Shown here one piece after another: positions 20,992-28,897 of a stretch of 36,602 nt of DNA. Numbering within the stretch: position 1 is the stretch's first letter; each line of letters opens with the position of its first letter. The stretch is taken from contig SKNG01000413.1 in NCBI GenBank assembly GCA_007120685.1, positions 1-36,602 of the forward strand, read 5' to 3'. Below the pieces are notes generated by a model. The model saw only the letters and a program-made list of their open reading frames with translations, was not told the origin of the DNA and did no database searches. The DNA is from Paracoccaceae bacterium. GTDB taxonomy: Bacteria; Pseudomonadota; Alphaproteobacteria; Rhodobacterales; Rhodobacteraceae. Made by a program: the position numbers and the translations under genes.

Positions 20992-22973
20992 ACCGGCCCT
21001 GGCTGATCCGTGACCGCGCGCCGGCCTATTTCGCCGAACGGCGCTGGCCGGTGCCGAAATGGTATGACGAGGCGGTGACCACCGCGTGGCGCACGCTGGT
21101 CCCGCCGCTGCGCCGCAGCGGGCTGCGCGACCGGTTGGTGGTGGGGCTGACCCTTTGGCTGGGACGGGGCCTGCGCCGCCTGCCCGATGATGCACTGACC
21201 ACCCGCGCCCAGGCGCTGCGCCCGGTGCTGCTGCGGCGGGGCTTCACCCTGACCGCCACCGCCCGCGCCTTTGCCCTGGCGCGCGAGGCGCTGCGGCGCG
21301 AGCTGGGCTTTTCGCTGCACGGGGTGCAGATCCGGGGCGGGGCGCAGATCCTCGCCGGGCGGGTGGCCGAGATGGCGACGGGCGAGGGCAAGACCGTCAC
21401 CGCCGCGCTGCCCGCCGCCGCCGCCGCGCTGGCCGGCGTGCCGGTGCATGTCGTCACCGTCAACGACTACCTGTCGCGGCGCGACCATGACGAACTGGCC
21501 CCCGTCTACGCCCGGCTGGGCCTGCGCACCGGCTGGATCGAGGCCGAGATGCCGCCGGCGGCCAAGGTCGCCGCCTATGCCGCCCCCATCGTCTATGTCA
21601 CCAACAAGACGCTGGTTTTCGACTATCTGCGCAGCCGGCTGGGCCGCGACGGGCCGGATACCGCCCAGCGCCACGCCGCCGCCATGCTGCGCGGCAAGCC
21701 CGCGCCGGTGCCGATGCCCCATGCGCTGGGCTTCTGCATCGTGGATGAGGCCGACAGCATATTGATCGACGAGGCGCAGACGCCGCTGATCATCGCCGCC
21801 CCCGACCAGACCCTCTCCGAGGATGATTGCCGCCATGCGCTGGCCGAGGCCGCCGCGCTGCGCGAAGGCGCGGATTTTCGGCTGGACCAGGCGCGGCGCC
21901 GCGCCGAACTGACCCGCGCGGGCAAGGCCCGGCTGGAAGCGCGCGCGCGCGATGCCGAGGGCGCGCCGATGCTGTGGCAGATTGCCCCGGCGCGCGAGGA
22001 ACTGGCCCGCCATGCGCTGGCCGCGCTGCATCTGCATATCCGCGACCAGCATTACATCCTGGCCGAGGACAAGGTGCAGATCGTCGACGAATTCACCGGC
22101 CGCGTGCTGGCCGACCGGCAATGGCAGGCCGGGCTGCACCAGATGGTCGAGGTCAAGGAGGGGCTGCCGCCCGGCGCCTCGCGCCGCACGCTGGCGCAGA
22201 TCACCTATCAGGGCTTCTTTCGCCGCTACCTGTGGTTCGGCGGCATGACCGGCACCGGGGCCGAGGTGGTGTGCGAGCTTTGGGCGACCTACGGGCTGGC
22301 GGTGACCCCGGTGCCGCGCCACCGCCGCTTGCGCCGGCGCGACAGGGGCGCGCGGCTTTACCGCCGCGATGGCGACAGGCTGCGGGCGGTTGCGGGGGCG
22401 GCGGCGGCGATGGTGGCGCGGGGGCGGCCGGTGCTGATCGGCACGCGGTCGGTGGAGATGTCGGAACGGGTCTCGGCGGCGCTGGAGCAGGCCGGGGTGG
22501 GGCATGTGGTGCTCAACGCCCGGCAGGACGGCGACGAGGCGGCGCTGATTGCGCAGGCGGGGCAGGCGGGCGCGGTGACGGTGGCCACCAACATGGCCGG
22601 GCGGGGCACCGACATCAGGCTCAGCCCCGCGGCCCGGGGTGCGGGCGGGCTGCATGTCATCATGACCGAATACCATGAGAGCGCGCGCATCGACCGCCAG
22701 TTGATCGGCCGCGCGGGGCGGCAGGGCGACCCGGGCAGCGCGCAGGCCATCGTGGCGCTGGACGACGCGCTGTTTCGCCGCCACGCCCCGCGCCTGACCC
22801 GGGCGTTGGCCTGGCTGGTGCCGGGGGCGCGGCTGCCGTCGGCGCTGGCGCATCTTCTGCGCCTTGCCGCGCAGCGCGCGGCCGAGGCCAAGGCCCGCCA
22901 GCGCCGCGAGGGCGTGCTGCGCCGGGCCGACAAGCTGGAGAAATCGCTGGGCTTTACCCGCCGGCCGGTCTGA
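20988..22973 (+). CDS. SecA paralogue (DEAD motor plus preprotein-crosslinking region), C-terminally truncated, 661 aa
   Basis: ATGA overlap with the M50 gene stop. SecA motifs present: EMATGEGKT, HVVTVNDYLSRRD, IVDEADSILIDEAQTPLII, IVDEFTGR, GLHQMVEVKEG, GMTGT, VATNMAGRGTDI, HESARIDRQLIGRAGRQGDPG. Confidence 0.93.
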   Translation: MNRPWLIRDRAPAYFAERRWPVPKWYDEAVTTAWRTLVPPLRRSGLRDRLVVGLTLWLGRGLRRLPDDALTTRAQALRPVLLRRGFTLTATARAFALAREALRRELGFSLHGVQIRGGAQILAGRVAEMATGEGKTVTAALPAAAAALAGVPVHVVTVNDYLSRRDHDELAPVYARLGLRTGWIEAEMPPAAKVAAYAAPIVYVTNKTLVFDYLRSRLGRDGPDTAQRHAAAMLRGKPAPVPMPHALGFCIVDEADSILIDEAQTPLIIAAPDQTLSEDDCRHALAEAAALREGADFRLDQARRRAELTRAGKARLEARARDAEGAPMLWQIAPAREELARHALAALHLHIRDQHYILAEDKVQIVDEFTGRVLADRQWQAGLHQMVEVKEGLPPGASRRTLAQITYQGFFRRYLWFGGMTGTGAEVVCELWATYGLAVTPVPRHRRLRRRDRGARLYRRDGDRLRAVAGAAAAMVARGRPVLIGTRSVEMSERVSAALEQAGVGHVVLNARQDGDEAALIAQAGQAGAVTVATNMAGRGTDIRLSPAARGAGGLHVIMTEYHESARIDRQLIGRAGRQGDPGSAQAIVALDDALFRRHAPRLTRALAWLVPGARLPSALAHLLRLAAQRAAEAKARQRREGVLRRADKLEKSLGFTRRPV

Positions 22974-22981
22974 GTGCGGGG

Positions 22982-23023
22982 ACGCGCCTTGCAAGGCGCG
23001 TGAAGGGCCTTCGAAGGCCCTTC
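22982..23023. repeat. Two adjacent perfect palindromes (REP-like element, probable bidirectional terminator region)
   Basis: acgcgccttgcaaggcgcgt (22982-23001) and gaagggccttcgaaggcccttc (23002-23023) lie between convergent stop codons. Confidence 0.8.
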
Positions 23024-23042
23024 CTCGGCAGACGGTGACCGG

Positions 23043-23858
23043 TCAGCCCGCCTCGAAGCGCACGGTGCAGCGCAGCCCGGCGGGGAGGGCCATGTCCGGG
23101 TTCGGCAGCACCAGCCGCACCCCGAAGGTGCCGCTGGCCGCGTCGATCACCGGATCGACCACGCTGACCCGTGCTGCATGGCTGCCGCCAACCGGCGCCT
23201 CGGGCAGCACCATCGCCATCTGGTCCGCGGTGATCTGCCCATGCAGCGACAGATCCACGATCGCCTCGACATGTAGCGGGTCCAGCCGGGCGATGGTCAT
23301 CAGCACCGCCGTTTCCGACCAGAACTCGCCCACCGCCATGCCGCGTTCCAGCACCACGCCATCGACCGGCGCGCGGATGCGGCGCCGCTCGCGCTCGGCC
23401 ATCGCGGTTTCCAGATCGACCTCGGCCAGCAGCCGGTTCTGCCGCGCCGCGCGCAACTCATTGATGGCGATCAGCAGCGATGTCTCGGTCTCGGCCATGG
23501 TCGCGGCCGAAATCACCTCTCGCGCCAGCAGCGCCTGCTGCCGGGTCAGTTGCGCCTCCAGCAGCCCAACGCGCGATTGCGCCGCCTCGATCTCGGCATC
23601 GCTTTCCAGCCGGGTCTCGGCCGCGCGCACCGCCATCGCCTGCAATGTGTCGTCCAACCTTGCGATCACCTCGCCCTCGGCAACCCGGTCGCCCCTATCG
23701 CGCCGCACCTCGGCAATCAGCCCGGTCACCGGCGCTCCGATATTGACCGTCTCGCTGGGGCGGATCACGCAATCGGCCTCGGCCGCCGCCAGCGCACAGG
23801 GCGTCAGCAGCAGGCCGGCCAGCAAGGCCGGGGCGGAAAGGCGCGCGCGCAAAGCCAT
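23043..23858 (-). CDS. Efflux RND/HlyD-type periplasmic adaptor subunit (MFP) with signal peptide
   Basis: Signal-like N-terminus (MALRARLSAPALLAGLLLTPCALAAAEA), then DCVIRPSETVNIGAPVTGLI..RGDRVAEGEVIARLD, IRAPVDGVV, VVDPVIDAASGTFGVRLVLPN, LPAGLRCTVRF. Start uncertain (23858, 23888 or 23897). Confidence 0.88.
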   Translation of the reverse strand: MALRARLSAPALLAGLLLTPCALAAAEADCVIRPSETVNIGAPVTGLIAEVRRDRGDRVAEGEVIARLDDTLQAMAVRAAETRLESDAEIEAAQSRVGLLEAQLTRQQALLAREVISAATMAETETSLLIAINELRAARQNRLLAEVDLETAMAERERRRIRAPVDGVVLERGMAVGEFWSETAVLMTIARLDPLHVEAIVDLSLHGQITADQMAMVLPEAPVGGSHAARVSVVDPVIDAASGTFGVRLVLPNPDMALPAGLRCTVRFEAG

Positions 23859-24069
23859 GACGGCAGTCTGCGAAACCTTGCCGGGCATGTAAAGCACGAT
23901 CCGCTGCCGCCCTGACCCGGCATATACGCGCTGAAGTTCCAGCCATGCCCTCTGGTTTCATCGTGGCGCCGAAATCAGGCGTACCGGTCTGTCAGGCGCG
24001 TTCGGCGGCTACCGAGGCCTGGCCAGTAGATCGCCGACACCCGGCATTGCCGGGCACACCCCGCGCCTG

Positions 24070-24119
24070 GAGGAATGTCCTACAATCCTCTGGACAGCCA
24101 TCATGTTCGTCAATAGCGT
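24070..24119 (+). promoter_or_regulatory. Putative sigma70 promoter of the TRAP operon with an abutting palindromic operator
   Basis: TGGACA(24091-96)-N17-TAGCGT(24114-19). Imperfect palindrome GAGGAATGT-CCT-ACAATCCTC at 24070-24090. SD GGAGGAG before ATG 24153. Confidence 0.45.
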
Positions 24120-24152
24120 TGTTGCACTCGAAGTCCTTGGGAGGAGACATCG

Positions 24153-25181
24153 ATGCGTATACCTTCGGCTCTTGCCGCGTCGGCGCTTGCGCTGACGCTG
24201 ACCGCCGGCCCGCTCGCGGCCGAAACCGTTCTGCGCTATTCGCAGTGGTTGCCGCCGACCCACCAGCTGCGGGTCAATGTCATCGACCCCTATCTGGAAA
24301 GCTGGGCCGAGGTGACCGACGGCGCCGTCCGCGTGGAACCGACGCCGGCCATTGTCGGCACCCTGGCCGGGCAATTCGACACCGTCCTGGACGGTATCGT
24401 CGATATCGTCTTCATTCTGCACGGGGTCACGCCCGGCCGTCTGGACCTGCAGCAGGTGGGCGAGTTGCCATTCCTGGGCAATAGCGCCGAGGCCACATCG
24501 GTTGCCTATTGGCGGACCTATCAGGAGCAGCTGTCACGGTATGGCGAATTCGACGGGGTGGTGCCGCTGGCGGTTTTCACGCACGGTCCGGGCGCGATCT
24601 ACCTGAACAGCGGGATCATGACCGCGCTCGACGATCTGCGCGGCAAGCGGCTGCGTGTGGGGTCCGAGGCGGTGGGCCGGTCGGTCAGCGCGCTGGGTGG
24701 CGTGCCGGTGCAGACGCCGCTGAACGAGATCTACGAGGTGCTGTCCACCGGCGTGGTGGATGGCGTGCTGATGAACCTGGAGGCGGCGCAGAGCTTCAAC
24801 CTGATCGACGTGCTGCCAGATGCCTCGCAGATCCCCGGCGGCATCTACAACCTGACGATGTCGATCCTGATCAACGAGGATAGCTGGAATGCCCTGGCGC
24901 CCGAGCATCGGGAGGCCATCATGGCAATCTCTGGCGAACCGCTGGTGCGCGAACTCGGCCGCTGGCAGGATATGAACGACGAGGCCGGGATCGCCGCACT
25001 GCAGGCCGCGGGCCGCACTGTCGCGCCGATCTCTGACGATCTGGCCGCAGAGATGGAGGCGGCATTGACGCCGGTTTTCGGTGCCTGGTTCGACCGCGCC
25101 CGGGAACTGGGGGCCGAGGATCCGGAGGCGATCCTGGAAGCCTTCCGGGCGCATGTGGCGGCGATTGAAGCCGAGATGTAG
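24153..25181 (+). CDS. dctP: TRAP transporter substrate-binding protein (DctP family)
   Basis: Signal peptide; LRYSQWLPPTH, DLRGKRLRV, EIYEVLSTGVVDG; strong RBS. Confidence 0.92.
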   Translation: MRIPSALAASALALTLTAGPLAAETVLRYSQWLPPTHQLRVNVIDPYLESWAEVTDGAVRVEPTPAIVGTLAGQFDTVLDGIVDIVFILHGVTPGRLDLQQVGELPFLGNSAEATSVAYWRTYQEQLSRYGEFDGVVPLAVFTHGPGAIYLNSGIMTALDDLRGKRLRVGSEAVGRSVSALGGVPVQTPLNEIYEVLSTGVVDGVLMNLEAAQSFNLIDVLPDASQIPGGIYNLTMSILINEDSWNALAPEHREAIMAISGEPLVRELGRWQDMNDEAGIAALQAAGRTVAPISDDLAAEMEAALTPVFGAWFDRARELGAEDPEAILEAFRAHVAAIEAEM

Positions 25182-25231
25182 GCGCGGCTGCGCGGCGCCC
25201 GGGCGACCGGGTGCCGCGCCGGAGGACGGTC

Positions 25232-25798
25232 ATGCAGGACGATGACGGACGCGCCGCGCCCCGGCGGCGCCGGCGACTGCCCGCGCGTCTGGCGAAGGCG
25301 CTGGATGGCACGCTGCGGCGCGCTCTGGGGCTGGTGGGCGCGGCCCTGCTGGTGCTGATGATGCTGGTGACCTTTGGCGATGTGATCGGCCGCAACCTTG
25401 GCCGGCCGATCCCCGGTGCGAAGGAAGCCACGCAGGTGATGCTGGCGGCGCTGGTCTTCGTCATGCTGCCGCTGGTGACGCGGGTGCGGGGGCACATCGC
25501 GGTCGATCTGCTGGACGAGTTGGTGCCGGAACGGCTGAAGGCCCTGCAGGAGGCGGCGATCTGTGCCATGGGGGCGGTGGCGCTGCATGTCGGCGCGCAG
25601 GCGCTGCACATGCAGGCGGCGCGGGCGTTTCGGTTGGGGGACAGGGTAGCCTATATCGGCGTGCCCACGGGGCCGATCGTGACGTTCATGGCCATCGCCT
25701 GCACGCTGGCGGCGCTGGCCTTTGCGTTGAACGGGGCGCTGGCGCTGTGGCGCCTTGTCCGTGGGCCCGGGTGCGCGGATCCGGACGGGGGCGGCTGA
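25232..25798 (+). CDS. dctQ: TRAP transporter small permease (DctQ family)
   Basis: GGAGG RBS at 25221; DVIGRNLGRPIPGAKE, GHIAVDLL; about 4 TM segments. Confidence 0.88.
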   Translation: MQDDDGRAAPRRRRRLPARLAKALDGTLRRALGLVGAALLVLMMLVTFGDVIGRNLGRPIPGAKEATQVMLAALVFVMLPLVTRVRGHIAVDLLDELVPERLKALQEAAICAMGAVALHVGAQALHMQAARAFRLGDRVAYIGVPTGPIVTFMAIACTLAALAFALNGALALWRLVRGPGCADPDGGG

Positions 25799-25799
25799 C

Positions 25800-27095
25800 A
25801 TGGAGGCGGCGCTGATCGGCACCGCGGTGCTGTTGCTGCTGATTTTCCTGCGCGTGCCCATCGCGCTGGCGCTTGGGGTGGTGGGGTTCGTGGGTTTCTG
25901 GCAGCTTACCGGCTGGCGCCCTGCCTTTGCGCTCCTGGGCCAGACGCTGCGTGACAGCGCGCTGTCCTATTCGCTGGTGGTGATCCCGCTCTTTATCCTG
26001 ATGGGCAATTTCCTGACCGGGGCTGGGCTGTCCCGGGCGCTTTACCACGCCGCCTATGTCTTTGTCGGGCACCGGCGGGGCGGGCTGGCGGTTTCGACCG
26101 TGCTGGCCTGTGGCGGCTTTTCGGCGGTCTGCGGGTCGTCGCTGGCCACGACGGCGACGATGGGGCAGGTGGCGATGCCGTCGATGCGCGCCTATGGCTA
26201 TGATGACCGGCTGGCGGCGGGGGTCATCGCGGCGGGCGGAACGCTGGGCATCCTGATCCCGCCATCGGTGATCCTGATCATCTACGGGCTGATGACAGAG
26301 ACCCATATCGGCAAGCTTTTCGCCGCGGGCTTGCTGCCGGGTCTGGTGGGGATGGCGCTATACTGGGGGGTGATCTGGCTGCTGGCCACGGTCAACCCCG
26401 CCATGGGCCCGCGCGGCGAGCGCAGCGACTGGCGCCTGCGGCTGGCCGCGCTGCGGCAGATATGGGGCGTGGCGCTGCTGATCGTCGTGGTGCTGGGCGG
26501 CATCTACGGCGGCTTCTTCACCCCGACCGAGGCCGCCGGCGTCGGCGCCTTCTTCGCCTTTGTCTTTGCCGTCGCCTCGCGCGGGATGGGGCCGGCCGAC
26601 ATTCTGGAGGTGCTGGTCGAGACCGCAAAGACCACCGCGGCGCTGTTTACCGTGCTGATCGGCGCAATGATGTTTGCGCAGTTCATCAACTTTTCCGGCA
26701 TGCATCGGACGCTGCTGGATTTCGTCAACGGGCTGGATGTGGCGCCGGTGGTGATCATCCTGCTTATCGTGCTGCTGTTTCTGGTGCTGGGATGCGTTCT
26801 GGAAAGCCTCAGCATGATCCTGCTGACGGTGCCGATCCTGTTTCCGGTTGTGGTGGGGCTGGGGTACGATCCGATCTGGTTCGGCATCCTGGTGGTCATC
26901 GCGGTCGAGGTGGGCCTGATCACCCCGCCCATCGGCATCAACATATTCGTGCTGAAATCGGTGGTGCGTGACCTGGGCACCGGCACGGCCTTCAGGGGCG
27001 TGTTGCCGTTCTGGGCGGCAGACGTGCTGCGGCTGGGGTTGCTGGTAGCGTTTCCGGGCATGGCGCTGCTGCTGCCACAATGGTTCTTCGGCTAG
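25800..27095 (+). CDS. dctM: TRAP transporter large permease (DctM family)
   Basis: RVPIALAL, IPLFILMG, GSSLAT, GGTLGILIPPS, GFFTPTEAA, GLITPPIGINIFV. Confidence 0.93.
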   Translation: MEAALIGTAVLLLLIFLRVPIALALGVVGFVGFWQLTGWRPAFALLGQTLRDSALSYSLVVIPLFILMGNFLTGAGLSRALYHAAYVFVGHRRGGLAVSTVLACGGFSAVCGSSLATTATMGQVAMPSMRAYGYDDRLAAGVIAAGGTLGILIPPSVILIIYGLMTETHIGKLFAAGLLPGLVGMALYWGVIWLLATVNPAMGPRGERSDWRLRLAALRQIWGVALLIVVVLGGIYGGFFTPTEAAGVGAFFAFVFAVASRGMGPADILEVLVETAKTTAALFTVLIGAMMFAQFINFSGMHRTLLDFVNGLDVAPVVIILLIVLLFLVLGCVLESLSMILLTVPILFPVVVGLGYDPIWFGILVVIAVEVGLITPPIGINIFVLKSVVRDLGTGTAFRGVLPFWAADVLRLGLLVAFPGMALLLPQWFFG

Positions 27096-27110
27096 TTGGG
27101 AGGGGGAACA

Positions 27111-28634
27111 GTGCGCGTCTATGACTGGGTTGCCCATCACGCCGGCCGGACACCGGCAAAACCGGCAGCGGTGGATCTGGCATCCGGGCGGCGGTTCTGC
27201 TGGGCCGCGTTCGACGACAGGGTCGGCCGGCTGGCCGCCGGGCTGGCAAGGCGCCATGGGGTCGGGCGCGGCGACCGGGTGGCGGTGCTTGCCCATAACT
27301 CCACCGATGTCTTCGAGCTGCAATTCGCCTGCTGGCGGCTCGGCGCGGTGTTCGTGCCGCTCAACTGGCGGCTGGCGGCGGCCGAACTGGCGCCGGTGCT
27401 GGCGCTGGCCGAGCCGCGCGTGCTGCTGCACGGGCCCGAGTTTGCCGATATCGCCAGCGGCTGCGGCTTGCCCGGCGCGGCCCTGATCGCCATGGCCGAC
27501 GGCGCCGACAGCCCCTATGAGCGGCTCATCAAGGGCGCCACTGGCCGCCCGCGCATGCCCGCCGATCTGGCGCTGGACGATGCCGCGACGATCCTCTTCA
27601 CCTCGGGCACCACCGGGCGGCCAAAGGGGGTGATCGTCACCCATGGCATGACCTTCTGGAACACCGTCAATCTGGGCCTGCCGTCCGAGGTGGACCGCCA
27701 CAGCGTGCATCTGACAAGCCTGCCGCTGTTTCACACCGCCGGGCTGAACGCCTATGGAAACGTCGTGTTCCATGCCGGCGGCACCAATGTGGTGATGCGC
27801 CAGTTCGATCCGGCGCTCATGCTCGAACATCTTCAGCACCGGGGGCTGGGGCTGACGCATGCCTATACCGTTCCGGCCGGCTGGCAGTTCATGGCGCAGG
27901 ACGGTGGGTTTGCCCGGGCCGATTTCGGCCGGCTGCGGATTGCCGGCACCGGCGGTTCGCCCTGCGCGCGCAGCCTTCTGGAAACCTGGGCCGGCAAGGG
28001 CGTGCCGCTGCAGCAGGGCTATGGCATGACCGAAACCAGCCCCACGGTGATGCTGCTGGACATCGATCAGGCGGTGCGCAAGCTGGGCTCGGCCGGCCTG
28101 CCGGCGCTGCATACCGAGGTGCGGCTGGTCGACCGTGACGGGCGCGTCATCGATGCCCCGGATACGGTGGGCGAGATCGAGGTGCGCGGTCCGAACGTGA
28201 CACCGGGCTACTGGCGCGCGCCCGAGGCCACCGCGGCAGCGTTCCGGGACGGCTGGCTGCGCAGCGGCGATGCCGCCCGCCGCGATTCCGAGGGCTTCTA
28301 CTACATCGTCGACCGCTGGAAGGACATGTTCATTTCGGGCGGCGAGAATGTCTATCCGGCCGAGGTGGAAAACGTGCTCTACCGCCTGCCCGGCGTGGCC
28401 GAGGCGGCGGTGATCGGTGTGCCGGACGATCGCTGGGGCGAGGTGGGCCTGGCGCTGCTGGTGCCGGGCCCGGGCGCCGTGCTGGACGCGGCGGCGGTGC
28501 AGGCGTTTTGCCGCCAGCATCTGGCCGGCTACAAGGTGCCGCGCCACGTCCGGCTGCGTGCCTCGTTGCCGCGCACCGCCACCGGCAAGGTGCTGAAACA
28601 TGTGCTGCGCGCGGAAGAGACGTCTTGGTCATGA
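27111..28634 (+). CDS. AMP-dependent acyl-CoA synthetase (fatty-acid/aromatic acid-CoA ligase)
   Basis: GTG start after GGAGGGGG; FTSGTTGRPKG, GYGMTET, WLRSGD, DRWKDMFISGGENVYPAEVE, LPRTATGKVLK. Confidence 0.93.
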   Translation: MRVYDWVAHHAGRTPAKPAAVDLASGRRFCWAAFDDRVGRLAAGLARRHGVGRGDRVAVLAHNSTDVFELQFACWRLGAVFVPLNWRLAAAELAPVLALAEPRVLLHGPEFADIASGCGLPGAALIAMADGADSPYERLIKGATGRPRMPADLALDDAATILFTSGTTGRPKGVIVTHGMTFWNTVNLGLPSEVDRHSVHLTSLPLFHTAGLNAYGNVVFHAGGTNVVMRQFDPALMLEHLQHRGLGLTHAYTVPAGWQFMAQDGGFARADFGRLRIAGTGGSPCARSLLETWAGKGVPLQQGYGMTETSPTVMLLDIDQAVRKLGSAGLPALHTEVRLVDRDGRVIDAPDTVGEIEVRGPNVTPGYWRAPEATAAAFRDGWLRSGDAARRDSEGFYYIVDRWKDMFISGGENVYPAEVENVLYRLPGVAEAAVIGVPDDRWGEVGLALLVPGPGAVLDAAAVQAFCRQHLAGYKVPRHVRLRASLPRTATGKVLKHVLRAEETSWS

Positions 28635-28897
28635 TGCCCGCGCTCACCCCGGCAACAGGCCCCGGCAGCCCCGGTCAGACCGCCAGCCAGGCCGCCAGCC
28701 TGGCCGCCATGCTGCTCCGGCTGGTGCCGATGCGCTTGCTGCGGCCTCGCGGCGTGACATCCTCGGTCTGTTTTCATGCGGTTCGTGAAGGCGGTGGTCA
28801 TGGAAGCAATCCTTGGCGCAACACCGTCGCAGTCCCGCTCAGATGGGTTGGCGCGGTTGGCAGGCCCGGCAGCCGATAACCAGGAAAGGCCCGCAGC

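Noticed and set aside
20988-22973. Housekeeping secA or a secA pseudogene
   Set aside because: Too short for housekeeping SecA, yet all motor motifs are intact and it is translationally coupled in an operon, so a specialised paralogue is more likely. No gene symbol assigned.
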